A stretch of DNA of 64,000 nucleotides from contig MFOC01000007.1 of NCBI GenBank assembly GCA_001782235.1, positions 13,094-77,093 of the forward strand. Reading direction: 5' to 3'. Shown piece by piece: positions 47,451 to 57,054 of this stretch; positions within the stretch are counted from its first letter, which is position 1; every line of letters starts with the position of its first letter. Made by a program: the position numbers and the translations under genes. The notes under the pieces were generated by a model, which searched no databases, was not told the DNA's origin, and worked only from the letters and a program-made list of their open reading frames with translations. Source of the DNA: Candidatus Levybacteria bacterium RIFCSPHIGHO2_02_FULL_40_18. Lineage in GTDB: Bacteria > Patescibacteriota > Microgenomatia > Levybacterales > GWA1-39-11.

Positions 47451-48456
47451 AGTCTGTGAATTCTTGGACAAACATTTTACCAAAGATCCCAGCATCAATT
47501 ACTCCAATTCCGCCTTTTTTAAAATTCGGCGATAAAATATTTTCCCTGTGCCCTGGGCTTTTCATAAATCCATCCATCGCAATCTCAACATCCGGTGCAA
47601 AAGCCAAATTCTCACCAGCAAAAGCGTAGCTTATTCTTGCCATTTCCAAACGATCAAACGGGGACAATCCCTCCGGGGTGTAATGAGAAAAATATCCTCT
47701 CTCAAGCATATCTTTTGCGTGGGCGCGTGCCACCTCCCTAATTGATCCATCCGAAATTAATAAAGGAATTCCCCTTTTTGATCTCTCTAAATTTACCAAA
47801 CTTAACATCGCGTCTTCCGATTTTGGATCCGTCTTATATTCTTTTGTTGTGAAATTAAGGCGAACCGATTCTTGCGACGCTGGTTTTATTGTTAAGAAAT
47901 TAATTGTCTCCTCAATTGCACCGCCAAAGACTTTCCGAACTTCTCTTTCTATTCCTTGCGTCCTTGTGAATAAAAATCTGCCTGTTACTGAACTTCTTAT
48001 CGAATCTTTTATTACGGCGGACACGGGAAATGAAAGAAGAAGGGCCACGGCAAAAGAAGCAATGAAGAAAAAGGAAAGTGTGCCAAAGACAGCACCTCCT
48101 GCCATGTCAATTTTTCTCCCGAATTTTATGGAAAGATATTTTCTGCGAAGAATTGATAATATGCTTGATATTAAAACGAAACTAACTCCGGTGGCAAGTA
48201 AAAATCCAATAGCATCTGAAATGCCCTTAGTCAGCAAGAATTTATCAACCACAAGAGAGGAGATTTGAGGATAAATAGCCAAACCTACAAAAAAAGAAAG
48301 AAGAGTTGCCGTAAGCCCAATGGCCGCTGGAATTATTCCAAAAGAAACATCTTCGAAAATATATAAGATGAGAGTGACAAAGATAATGTAATCGAAAATA
48401 TTAAACGGGATACTTAGAATTAAATTTCTTAGAAATTCAATGTAGGCTTTAAGCAT
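47449..48456 (-). CDS. CvpA-like membrane domain fused to a C-terminal CAP/SCP (PR-1-like) domain
   Basis: Four N-terminal TM helices. The C-terminus SLVNLERSKRGIPLL…ARAHAKDMLERGYFSH…GENLAF…GHRENIL is CAP-domain-like. Confidence 0.55.
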   Translation of the reverse strand: MLKAYIEFLRNLILSIPFNIFDYIIFVTLILYIFEDVSFGIIPAAIGLTATLLSFFVGLAIYPQISSLVVDKFLLTKGISDAIGFLLATGVSFVLISSILSILRRKYLSIKFGRKIDMAGGAVFGTLSFFFIASFAVALLLSFPVSAVIKDSIRSSVTGRFLFTRTQGIEREVRKVFGGAIEETINFLTIKPASQESVRLNFTTKEYKTDPKSEDAMLSLVNLERSKRGIPLLISDGSIREVARAHAKDMLERGYFSHYTPEGLSPFDRLEMARISYAFAGENLAFAPDVEIAMDGFMKSPGHRENILSPNFKKGGIGVIDAGIFGKMFVQEFTD

Positions 48457-48708
48457 GTTTATATTAAGTCCGCAATTGTCATTCTGAACCCGATTCTAAC
48501 GGGGGAAAAATCTTTACTTAAAGTCTCCAGGAAAGATCCTTCGTTAACACTCAGGATGACATAAAGCTTGAGCATGTTTATATGATAGCATGTTTCTGAG
48601 TCGGACTGACCCCGATTTGATCGGGGGAAGGAGATAGCGCTGCGAAGCTAAGCGGAGACAGCGGTAGCTCCATTGAAAACATTTGCTTAATCGAATATAC
48701 TAGCCTTT

Positions 48709-50943
48709 GTGTACCTACGGAAAATTCTCTCATTACTTAAATTTTGGAAAATAAATCCCGCACCAATTTGGTGCGGGATAAAAGGAAAGAGATACATTGT
48801 ATTGATTCTTGTGATTTTGGGTTTAATTGCAGCCTACTTCTATATCCTCAAGGACATCCCATCCACAGCAACAATTGGCTCAACCAGTTATCCACAATCA
48901 ACTAAGATTTATGATAGAAACGGAAAGCTTCTTTACACAATTTTTACCAGCCGAAACCAAACTTATGTACCGTTTAAACAAATCCCAAATTATGTCAAAA
49001 ACGCAACAATTGCTTTAGAGGATAAAGATTTTTATAAACATGGGGCAATAGACATTCGGGGCATAACAAGAGCATTTATCTCAACAGTTTTTAAGCGAGA
49101 AATACAAGGCGGATCTACAATAACACAACAGCTAGTTAAAACATCTCTTTTAACTCCCGAGAGAACCATATCAAGAAAAATAAAGGAAATTTTTCTGGCG
49201 TTTATTGTTGAGTCTGTTTATTCAAAAGATAAAATTCTTGAAATGTATCTTAATCAGGTACCTTACGGCGGTACGGCTTACGGAGTTGAGGCTGCAAGCC
49301 ATGTATATTTTGACAAACCCGTTGAAAAGCTAACCCTTGCCGAGTCCGCTTTCCTTGCAGCCCTCCCAGAAGCACCAAGCCTATATTCACCTTTTGGTTC
49401 AAGGCCCGAACTTGGAAAAACAAGACAACTTGAAGCCTTGCGAAAAATGCGGGAGCAGGGATATATAACGACTGAAGAAGGGAAGGTGGCGGCAAGCGAA
49501 GAACTTAAGTTCTCAAAAATTCAAAATAAAATCTTAGCGCCCCATTTTGTTTTTTATATCAAAGATCTCCTTGAGCAAAAATATGGTCCAAGGGCTGTTG
49601 AACAGGGAGGACTCCATGTAACAACTTCGCTTGATCTTGACTTACAAGCATATGCAGAGGCTACAGTTGCGGCGGAAATAGACGAGCTGAAAAGACTAAA
49701 CGTTTCAAATGGTGCTGCACTGATTTCCGATCCTAGGACCGGAGAAATTTTAGCGATGGTAGGAAGCCGCAATTATTTTGACGATAGAATTGACGGGAAT
49801 GTAAATGTAACATTAGCAAAAAGACAACCGGGGTCCTCAATAAAACCGATCAATTATGCTGTTGGGTTAATAAAAGGGTACACTGCCTCAACCCCTTTTG
49901 TTGATGACAGAATTTGCTTTCCTAATCCCGGCGGCCAGCCTCCATATTGTCCGGTGAATTATGACGGAAAATTTCACGGAGTACAACAAATGAGATTTGC
50001 GCTTGCTAATTCATATAACATTCCGGCTGTTAAAATGCTTAAAGCAAATACGGTTGAGGCAATGATCGCAACCGCATCCGCAATGGGAATCACAACGTTT
50101 CAGGATCCGGCACGGTATGGATTGTCCCTTACTTTAGGAGGAGGTGAAGTAACAATGCTTGAGATGACCGAGGCATTTGGCGTGTTTGCGAACAACGGAT
50201 ATAGAATCCCGTTGCGACCAATTCTTAAAGTTGTGGACAACAGAGGGCGCGTGCTTGAAGAGTACCAACCGCCAAAAAGCCCGATTTTTGGGAAAAAGGT
50301 TTTACCTGATGGGGTGGCATTTATAATATCTGACATATTATCAGATAATGGGGGGCGCTCTCAGGCGTTCGGAGCAAGCTCCACATTAAGAGTTGGAAAA
50401 TATCCTGTTGCTGTCAAGACCGGTACAACCAATGATCTTCGAGACAACTGGACAATTGGGTATACACCATCATATGTTGTTGCCACGTGGGTTGGCAACA
50501 ACAATAACATGCCAATGAGCGGATTGGTCTCAGGTGTAACAGGCGCTGCTCCTATCTGGCACGCCCTTATGGAAAAAGTACTTGAGAACACAGAGCCCCA
50601 GTCCTTTAAAAGGCCTGACAATGTTGTGGGGAAACATGTTTGTGCGGATACTGGTCAGGTCGCACCGCCCCAAGGCACAGAAGGCCGGTGTCCAACCAGA
50701 TTTGAATACTTTATTCGTGGAATGGAAAATAGCCAAGGAAAGATTGTTCGCGAAAAAGTACTCATAAATAAAGACACGGGGGATCTTGCAAAAGCGGGCG
50801 CGACCAATGTTGAAGAGCAGGAAAAAACAGTTATTATAGACTTAAATGGAGACCGCTACTGCGTTGACTGCCCCCATCCCGAGGCACCCCCTCCGGGGCA
50901 GAGCCCCTCCGGGGCGGCGCCAACCCCCACACCAGCACCATGA
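48709..50943 (+). CDS. Class A penicillin-binding protein (bifunctional transglycosylase/transpeptidase)
   Basis: GT51 motifs EDKDFYKHGAIDIRG and GGSTITQQLVK, a transpeptidase region, and a Pro-rich C-terminal tail. Confidence 0.85.
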   Translation: MYLRKILSLLKFWKINPAPIWCGIKGKRYIVLILVILGLIAAYFYILKDIPSTATIGSTSYPQSTKIYDRNGKLLYTIFTSRNQTYVPFKQIPNYVKNATIALEDKDFYKHGAIDIRGITRAFISTVFKREIQGGSTITQQLVKTSLLTPERTISRKIKEIFLAFIVESVYSKDKILEMYLNQVPYGGTAYGVEAASHVYFDKPVEKLTLAESAFLAALPEAPSLYSPFGSRPELGKTRQLEALRKMREQGYITTEEGKVAASEELKFSKIQNKILAPHFVFYIKDLLEQKYGPRAVEQGGLHVTTSLDLDLQAYAEATVAAEIDELKRLNVSNGAALISDPRTGEILAMVGSRNYFDDRIDGNVNVTLAKRQPGSSIKPINYAVGLIKGYTASTPFVDDRICFPNPGGQPPYCPVNYDGKFHGVQQMRFALANSYNIPAVKMLKANTVEAMIATASAMGITTFQDPARYGLSLTLGGGEVTMLEMTEAFGVFANNGYRIPLRPILKVVDNRGRVLEEYQPPKSPIFGKKVLPDGVAFIISDILSDNGGRSQAFGASSTLRVGKYPVAVKTGTTNDLRDNWTIGYTPSYVVATWVGNNNNMPMSGLVSGVTGAAPIWHALMEKVLENTEPQSFKRPDNVVGKHVCADTGQVAPPQGTEGRCPTRFEYFIRGMENSQGKIVREKVLINKDTGDLAKAGATNVEEQEKTVIIDLNGDRYCVDCPHPEAPPPGQSPSGAAPTPTPAP

Positions 50944-50954
50944 GTCCATAAGGC

Positions 50955-52226
50955 TTAAGACTTAAGTTTTGCGAAAGACAATCCTAAAACTAAGGCCAGC
51001 ATTATTTGGCCCTGCTCAAGGGTTAAGAAAAAGTGATCGAACATCCCGACAACTATTATCGATATTAATACGAACAGAGTACTCCTGTAAAAGGCTGTTG
51101 GCTGTTGGCTGTTGGCTGTTGGCTTATTAATAAGTGATCGAATTGCAAAGATAAACATTGCCGGAAAAATCCACCAACCAAATATTCCAAGTGAAAGAAA
51201 CGCTAAAACAAAAATATTATGAGGCGGCTGAAAAAGAATTGGAGATATATTCTTTATTAAATCAACCTGATGGACAAAAAAATTGTTAAGGCCTATTCCA
51301 AAATAAGGATTCCCCAAAAAAATTTGAAAGGACTGAATTAACAGGTCTTGTCTAAAATCTATACCCCTCAATAAAAATTGAGCACTTAATACATCAGGAA
51401 AAAAAATACTTACCAACCCTAACAGCCCCAACAGCCCTAAAACTATGAGCATAACATTGCGTTTTCCTTTCGTGTAAATTGCATAGAAGAAAAAACAAAT
51501 TGCTAAAAGAATTGTTATTCGAGAAAAAGTCAAAACTATACCCACAGTGGATAGCAAGATGCTTGATATTAAAACCCCTTTCACTGCCGAATTTTTTTCG
51601 TAAGGTAATCTAAAAACAGTGAACGCAGTGGTTGCAAGAAAGAAGAAAGCCAAAACATTTGGATGGGGGAAGGCAGCATACGGTCTTAAGACTAGATAGT
51701 CTAAATTAACTGTTGAAATTCCAATTGTTGAAATGTTAAAAGTTCGCTCTCCCAAAAAATACCAAAGACCGCCAATAGATGACTGTTTTATAAACTGCCA
51801 GATCGCAAGGACAGATGAAATAATTGCCGAAGTCGCAAGCATTATGACAAATGGTCGAATATAAATTCTGTCAAAAGTTTTTGCGATCAACAGCCCAAAA
51901 AGCCCGAATTCCACTAATTTTAGCATTCCAAACAGATGCACAGCGGGAGATTTAGATATAAATATGTTAAGAAGAATGCTGAGAAAAAAAAGCGCAAGTA
52001 GAGCGGCTGAAATTTTGTTAATCGCAAATTTAATCCTAAACAAAAGTTTAAAATTCAACAAAATAAATAAAATAATTAAAATATCAAGAAGATAGAGCGT
52101 CGGGGAAAGATAATCTATACGAATCCCATTGATGAATGAGAAAGCAGGCCAGAAATGAAGTCCCACTTGAGAAGAACTGAAGAAAACAATCAGAAAAAAT
52201 AAAATCTTGCGAACTTTATCTAGCAC
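50955..52226 (-). CDS. Polytopic membrane protein, O-antigen ligase/polymerase (Wzy_C)-like
   Basis: ~10 TM helices; contains an in-frame GGCTGTT-family repeat (KPTANSQQPTAF). Confidence 0.4.
   Translation of the reverse strand: MLDKVRKILFFLIVFFSSSQVGLHFWPAFSFINGIRIDYLSPTLYLLDILIILFILLNFKLLFRIKFAINKISAALLALFFLSILLNIFISKSPAVHLFGMLKLVEFGLFGLLIAKTFDRIYIRPFVIMLATSAIISSVLAIWQFIKQSSIGGLWYFLGERTFNISTIGISTVNLDYLVLRPYAAFPHPNVLAFFFLATTAFTVFRLPYEKNSAVKGVLISSILLSTVGIVLTFSRITILLAICFFFYAIYTKGKRNVMLIVLGLLGLLGLVSIFFPDVLSAQFLLRGIDFRQDLLIQSFQIFLGNPYFGIGLNNFFVHQVDLIKNISPILFQPPHNIFVLAFLSLGIFGWWIFPAMFIFAIRSLINKPTANSQQPTAFYRSTLFVLISIIVVGMFDHFFLTLEQGQIMLALVLGLSFAKLKS
51092..51126. repeat. GGCTGTT tandem repeat, in frame inside the membrane-protein gene
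   Basis: aggctgttggctgttggctgttggctgttggctta. Confidence 0.8.
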
Positions 52227-52336
52227 GATGGGGGTAGTTTACCCCGTTAGATACCTCTTTTCAATATATAATTAAGTAGACGGATCTAACGGGGTCTACC
52301 AACAATAGAACAATGAAGCAATAGAATAATGAAGCT

Positions 52337-52786
52337 TTATTTCTTCCTAATTACCAGTGTCCTGTCTCGTTCTTCTCCCTCCGACTCGGTAATTACATCT
52401 TCGCTTTCTCCTAAATGCATGTGGATTATTCTTCTTTCCCAGGGCTTGAGTCCCCGCACTTGCTTCTCGGCTCCTGTTGCCAAAACCTCTTCTCTTAATC
52501 TATTCGCTAGATCTGTAAGATAATCTTCTCGTGCCTGCCGGTATCCACCGACCTCTAAAATTATTCTTTGAAACTCGCCAATTTTTTTTGCCACAATGAG
52601 TGAAAGAACTAATTCGAGTGAAGAGAGTGTATTGCCGTGTTTCCCAATCAAAAGGGCGTTTTCGGCGGCATTAATATGGACGCTAAATCCCTCATCTGCT
52701 TCTTTAACCTCAACATCGGCATCTATTCCAGCTTTTTCAAGAAGTTTTTCTGTTTCCTCTTTTATAATTTTAAATTTTTCTTCCAT
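52337..52786 (-). CDS. jag: KhpB/Jag (EloR) RNA-binding protein (KH + R3H)
   Basis: LIGKHGNTLSSLE (KH GxxG) and a C-terminal R3H (ERRIIHMHL). Confidence 0.8.
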   Translation of the reverse strand: MEEKFKIIKEETEKLLEKAGIDADVEVKEADEGFSVHINAAENALLIGKHGNTLSSLELVLSLIVAKKIGEFQRIILEVGGYRQAREDYLTDLANRLREEVLATGAEKQVRGLKPWERRIIHMHLGESEDVITESEGEERDRTLVIRKK

Positions 52787-52861
52787 GAAGTGTATAAATA
52801 GCTTAAATAGCTAAATGGCTGCATGGTTTTTAAAACTATTTAACTATTCTAGCCATTCTAA

Positions 52862-53671
52862 CTATTTCTTTATTCCGATTTTGCTAAATAACTTAGCTGC
52901 CCCTCCCGGGCCCACTAATAAATACTGCTGGAGTATACCAAAAATAGTGAACGTATTCCAATACAAAGAGAGTCCAACTGGTAAAGTAAAAGAGAAAAAT
53001 CCAATCATTACTGGGAAAATAAAAAGCGACTGTTTTTGGAATGCTGCTTGAAAATCGTCCTCTTTCGTCCCCGGAACTTGGGGAATATCTGAAGTCATCA
53101 TTTTGGATAAGAGAAATTGTAGCACCCCTGTCAAAACCGGAATCAAAACTAGATAGGGGGCCGCTGCCCAAAGCTTTGAAGGCGTAGCGCCAAGAGGAAC
53201 CCCAAGAAACATTGTATCCCAGACCGTAGAAAGTTTTAAAAAGTCAAAATATATGACATTATTGAGCTTTGAGAGACCATCGTTAGAATTGATAGCAACA
53301 GCCATGATTAATACCTGATAAAGCCCGAAAATAATAGGCATCTGTATTAGTAAAGGCAAACACCCGGCGGCAGGATTTATTTTGTGTTCGCGATAAACTC
53401 TCATCATCTCCTCCTGCTGTTTTTTCTTATCTTCTTTATATTTCTCCTTGACATCTCTCATTAAGGGAGCTAATTTTTGCATTTGGTAAGCGGACTTAAC
53501 CTGTGCTGCAGTCAGCGGCCAAAGAATCAATCTAATTAAAACCGTCAGAAGAATTATTGAAAAACCTAAGGCAAATGGGATCCCAATAGAATTAATCGAT
53601 TGATAGGAAGCGACCAGTAGATTGATAATTGGATTTGTAAATAATGTATTAAAGATCTCAAAAATTCCCAT
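52862..53671 (-). CDS. yidC: Membrane protein insertase YidC (short form)
   Basis: …LAPLMRDVKEKYKEDKKKQQEEMMRVYREHKINPAAGCLPLLIQMPIIFGLY…. Confidence 0.85.
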   Translation of the reverse strand: MGIFEIFNTLFTNPIINLLVASYQSINSIGIPFALGFSIILLTVLIRLILWPLTAAQVKSAYQMQKLAPLMRDVKEKYKEDKKKQQEEMMRVYREHKINPAAGCLPLLIQMPIIFGLYQVLIMAVAINSNDGLSKLNNVIYFDFLKLSTVWDTMFLGVPLGATPSKLWAAAPYLVLIPVLTGVLQFLLSKMMTSDIPQVPGTKEDDFQAAFQKQSLFIFPVMIGFFSFTLPVGLSLYWNTFTIFGILQQYLLVGPGGAAKLFSKIGIKK

Positions 53672-53986
53672 TTAAATTTCTTCTATCAAATCTAGCACTT
53701 GTTCAACTTCATCCTCAAGGTTTGCTATATCAAGAGCTCTTCTTTTAATGTAAAATACAAGGTTGACAGCACGGCTTTTGTCAATCTTATCGGAAAGCAT
53801 TCTTAATAATTTTCTCTTTATTTTATTACGAATTACTGCCTTCTTGTGAACTTTTTTGCTAACAACTACCGCTGTTTTTAATCCGCCCTCGCGATTCTTC
53901 CCATATCTTAAGGTAAATGATGGAAAAGACTTTGCTTTGTTGGGTAATCCCTTCTTAAAAGAAAACCTATGTTCTTTAGGTAACAT
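53672..53986 (-). CDS. rnpA: Ribonuclease P protein component
   Basis: Basic 104-aa protein; conserved genomic position between rpmH and yidC. Confidence 0.8.
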   Translation of the reverse strand: MLPKEHRFSFKKGLPNKAKSFPSFTLRYGKNREGGLKTAVVVSKKVHKKAVIRNKIKRKLLRMLSDKIDKSRAVNLVFYIKRRALDIANLEDEVEQVLDLIEEI

Positions 53987-54049
53987 GGCTCGAAATAGTT
54001 GAATAGCTAAATGGTTCTAAACCATGCAACCATGTAGCTATTTTAACCA

Positions 54050-54181
54050 TTAAACTCTTTTTCTGCCCCTCAGTCTTCTCCTCTTGATTACCTGTTTTCC
54101 TGTCCGGTTCTTTATTCGATGGCGAAACCCATGCTTCCTCGCATGTCTCAACTTTTTAGTTTTCCTAACTTTTTCCGGCAT
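54050..54181 (-). CDS. rpmH: 50S ribosomal protein L34
   Basis: Hand-translated: MPEKVRKTKKLRHARKHGFRHRIKNRTGKQVIKRRRLRGRKRV, a typical L34. Missing from the ORF track because it is under 60 aa. Confidence 0.8.
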   Translation of the reverse strand: MPEKVRKTKKLRHARKHGFRHRIKNRTGKQVIKRRRLRGRKRV

Positions 54182-54266
54182 AAGAAGTAATAATACCAAA
54201 AACAAACCTTCGAAACAATAGAACTGTTTTGCTTTTTAAAACCTTTTAAAGTAAAATCAGGGACAA

Positions 54267-54869
54267 ATGAGTCTGGCAGAAAGACTTAACGAACGAGTTC
54301 CCAATAATGAAGACGTTATCCTGCTTAGAAGGACAAGAATTAACTATGACGCTGATAAAACATCCGCATTGGCAACCGCTAAAAGACGCCTTATCGATTC
54401 GGGATCTTTTGATATTGTTGAAGAACTCTTAGAACTTGTTGAGGGTTCATGGGTTAACTTTAGTGAGGATAATCCACCTTCCGGCTTGCCCGTCTTAGGT
54501 AATCGTTCCCCATTTTTGGGTTTGGGACTTTATCGGGGACGGGATAGTACAATTACATATAACAAGTGGGTTAAGATTGAGTTTGGTTGGATTAATAAAA
54601 TAAGAGATGAAGAGGAAGATATTTCTGTTTCGGGGGAAGGATCAAAAAGCTTTTTAGCTATAACGGCACCGGAAACTTCTGACCAAATTATTATAGGAGC
54701 CAGTTCATATGATCTGGCTTTTCTTTCTGACCCAATCCGCTTCAAATATACTCTGTCAAGAGAACAATATTTAAACAGAGAACTTTTTGAAAACGTGATT
54801 GTGGAAGCTTCAGTTTTAGCAGGTTTAACAAAACCAAACTTAAAGTTGAAGGGAGCCAGAAATGAGTGA
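54267..54869 (+). CDS. Hypothetical protein A1 (paralog of 55587-56150)
   Basis: MSLAERLNERVPNNEDVILLRRTRINYD… aligns with A2 at the N-terminus (MSL.ERL..R.P.NE..ILLRRTR) and the C-terminus (LFE..IVEA..LAGLT). The two share a near-identical 5' leader. Confidence 0.45.
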   Translation: MSLAERLNERVPNNEDVILLRRTRINYDADKTSALATAKRRLIDSGSFDIVEELLELVEGSWVNFSEDNPPSGLPVLGNRSPFLGLGLYRGRDSTITYNKWVKIEFGWINKIRDEEEDISVSGEGSKSFLAITAPETSDQIIIGASSYDLAFLSDPIRFKYTLSREQYLNRELFENVIVEASVLAGLTKPNLKLKGARNE

Positions 54870-55485
54870 TTTTGAGAGAGAGCTAAAAAGAGCGAAAGTT
54901 GAGGCAGAAAGGGCCAGATTGCAAGAGGAAGCAAGAAAAAATAGAGAGGCTGATGAGCAAGATAGAACTTACAGGCAGAGAGTAAGGCAACTTGAGCAGT
55001 TAAGAGAACAAGAGGTAGATAGATATTTGGCCCCGTTTAAGAGCACGGTTGATAGATTGCTGAAAGATCTGGGTAACGCCACTTGGGGTGCGGGCAAATA
55101 CGGTTTCATCTTTAGAAAAGGGGTTCGTGTGGGGGGTTCCGGTTCTGGGCCAGAAGTTGAAAACAAAAATCACATCGCGACTTGGATTATTGGGAGACAG
55201 GAATATTTTAGTAGCATCGGTAGCCTTTTCGGTAGTGGGCATGTTTGGCGTCCTATAACTAATAAAGGCAAGTACGGCGAGGAACCCACTGGCTGTAGTG
55301 AGTATTTCTATGTTAATTTAGGTATGGAGAGTCCGCAAGGCACTTTCCACTTTGAGGGGTTAGACGGAATTACTACTGGCTCCTCAGAATCTGAACTTAA
55401 AGAAATGCTAAAAAGAGCTTATCTAGAGGGGCCTAAAAAAACATATCCTCATGTAACATATGACGCACATGGCCTTGGAGGCTAG
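54862..55485 (+). CDS. Hypothetical protein B1 (N-terminal Arg/Glu-rich coiled coil + Gly-rich globular domain)
   Basis: Overlaps A1 by 8 nt. TWGAGKY, VRVGGSGSGPEV. Confidence 0.45.
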   Translation: MSDFERELKRAKVEAERARLQEEARKNREADEQDRTYRQRVRQLEQLREQEVDRYLAPFKSTVDRLLKDLGNATWGAGKYGFIFRKGVRVGGSGSGPEVENKNHIATWIIGRQEYFSSIGSLFGSGHVWRPITNKGKYGEEPTGCSEYFYVNLGMESPQGTFHFEGLDGITTGSSESELKEMLKRAYLEGPKKTYPHVTYDAHGLGG

Positions 55486-55586
55486 TTTTTATAGAATAGC
55501 CTCAAAAGGCTAGGCCTTGGCGAGCTTACGAGACTAGAATTGTTCGTTTTGCTTTTTAAAACCTTTTGGAGTAAAATCTGACCAAA

Positions 55587-56150
55587 ATGAGCTTAAAAGA
55601 GAGGCTTGAGGCAAGGGCTCCAAAAAACGAATCTACTATATTACTCCGGAGAACCAGGCTAGAATTTGAGCAGGATAGAAATAGTCATTTGGCTCCAGTT
55701 AGAAAAAGGCTGTTAACATCGGGGGTGTTCGAAGTATTAGAAGAACTCTTGGAAACGGTTGAAGATTCTCGATTTAGCGTCAGTCCAAACTATCAGGAGT
55801 TCCCTCCCCAGCATATTCCTGCCACCGCTGCGACAGCCCTTATATGTTCTTGGGCAGTCTTTAAGACTTTTGAACATATCGACGGCGAACCTGATTTGAA
55901 ACAAACCTCAAGACGGTCTGTAAAAATTACTGCCTTCTTAAATTCGGACAATATCGAAGTTGCATCAAGAGAAGACACCGTTTTATTTTTTGAAAATAGG
56001 CGAGACCCCTTGCTACCGTCAGGCAAAGAGGTTTTCAGAAAAACCTTATCCCCTAAAGAATGGCAGAATGGGGATTTGTTTGAAACTACAATTGTTGAGG
56101 CTTTAACCTTAGCTGGGCTAACAAGATCTCAGCTAAATTTGGGAAATTAA
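55587..56150 (+). CDS. Hypothetical protein A2 (paralog of 54267-54869)
   Basis: See A1; the upstream leader at 55540-55586 is near-identical to 54220-54266. Confidence 0.45.
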   Translation: MSLKERLEARAPKNESTILLRRTRLEFEQDRNSHLAPVRKRLLTSGVFEVLEELLETVEDSRFSVSPNYQEFPPQHIPATAATALICSWAVFKTFEHIDGEPDLKQTSRRSVKITAFLNSDNIEVASREDTVLFFENRRDPLLPSGKEVFRKTLSPKEWQNGDLFETTIVEALTLAGLTRSQLNLGN

Positions 56151-56953
56151 AGAAGTTTAGGGATCAAGGAACTTCGATAGTCCTCACCGACAATTTTGCC
56201 AAGGTCTTTTCTAATCCATTCCTCGCCTTTTCTTTGAAGGTCTTGTGGGAGAGTGGAAGTTTGAGTTGATTTAGTGCACATACCAACTAAGAGATTTTCA
56301 ATTGCTTCTTTGGTTGCTCCTAAAAAATCAAACCCATCTGGATATGTTTTGGGAGAGCCGTAATTTACGGGTTTAGGATTGTTCGGATAAATAGTTCGGC
56401 TGAAACTTGAGGTGCGGCCATCCCCATATTCAATCAAAACGTCGGAATTACAGTAAACAATGAAGGGGAATTCACGGCCTGAATTGTCTGGAACTATGGA
56501 GATTCCCAAGGTAATAAATTTCTTTCCTTCAGTGCGTACTAATTTATACTTTTTCACGCCATTGCCAGAAGTGTATCTTAAGTCTACTCCTATAAAGGGG
56601 GGTGAGCTTTCAGTGTGTGAGAATTCTTTTTTTAAGGTTGGATATTTAAAGCTAAGTTCGTATTCAGCATTTAAAATTACCGATCCCGGATCTTGGGGAT
56701 CAGCGATAATTCTTGGATCTGTTATTTGTCCTGCTTTCCAGACATCGCGCCTTATTCCTTCCAGCATTTCCCTTATGCCAAGAGTTTGGAGAATAGCAAT
56801 TGCTTCGGGGGTTTTTCTTTTGATCTCTTCGGCCCTTCTCGTAGCGTCTTCTCGAGCTTTTCTTTGTCTTGCCTCTTCTTCTCTTTGAGGTTTTAGAAGC
56901 TCATCTCTAATTCTTTCTTGCCAGTTCACGGTGGAGAGATGATAACAAATCAT
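56147..56953 (-). CDS. Hypothetical protein B2 (distant paralog of B1; convergent with A2 and overlaps it by 4 nt)
   Basis: N-terminal REEEARQRKAREDATRRAEEIKRK coiled coil and VWKAGQI (compare TWGAGKY in B1). Confidence 0.4.
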   Translation of the reverse strand: MICYHLSTVNWQERIRDELLKPQREEEARQRKAREDATRRAEEIKRKTPEAIAILQTLGIREMLEGIRRDVWKAGQITDPRIIADPQDPGSVILNAEYELSFKYPTLKKEFSHTESSPPFIGVDLRYTSGNGVKKYKLVRTEGKKFITLGISIVPDNSGREFPFIVYCNSDVLIEYGDGRTSSFSRTIYPNNPKPVNYGSPKTYPDGFDFLGATKEAIENLLVGMCTKSTQTSTLPQDLQRKGEEWIRKDLGKIVGEDYRSSLIPKLL

Positions 56954-57010
56954 GGGTCTTAAGTCAAAAATGTCTTTGTGAGGGTTTAGCGGGAGGAGCG
57001 GTGGAAACTT

Positions 57011-57044
57011 ACTTAATACTTGATACTTAATACTTAATACTTTA
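57011..57044. repeat. ACTTAATACTTGATACTTAATACTTAATACT tandem repeat just upstream of gap
   Basis: acttaatacttgatacttaatacttaatacttta. Confidence 0.7.
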
Positions 57045-57054
57045 TTCTAATTAC

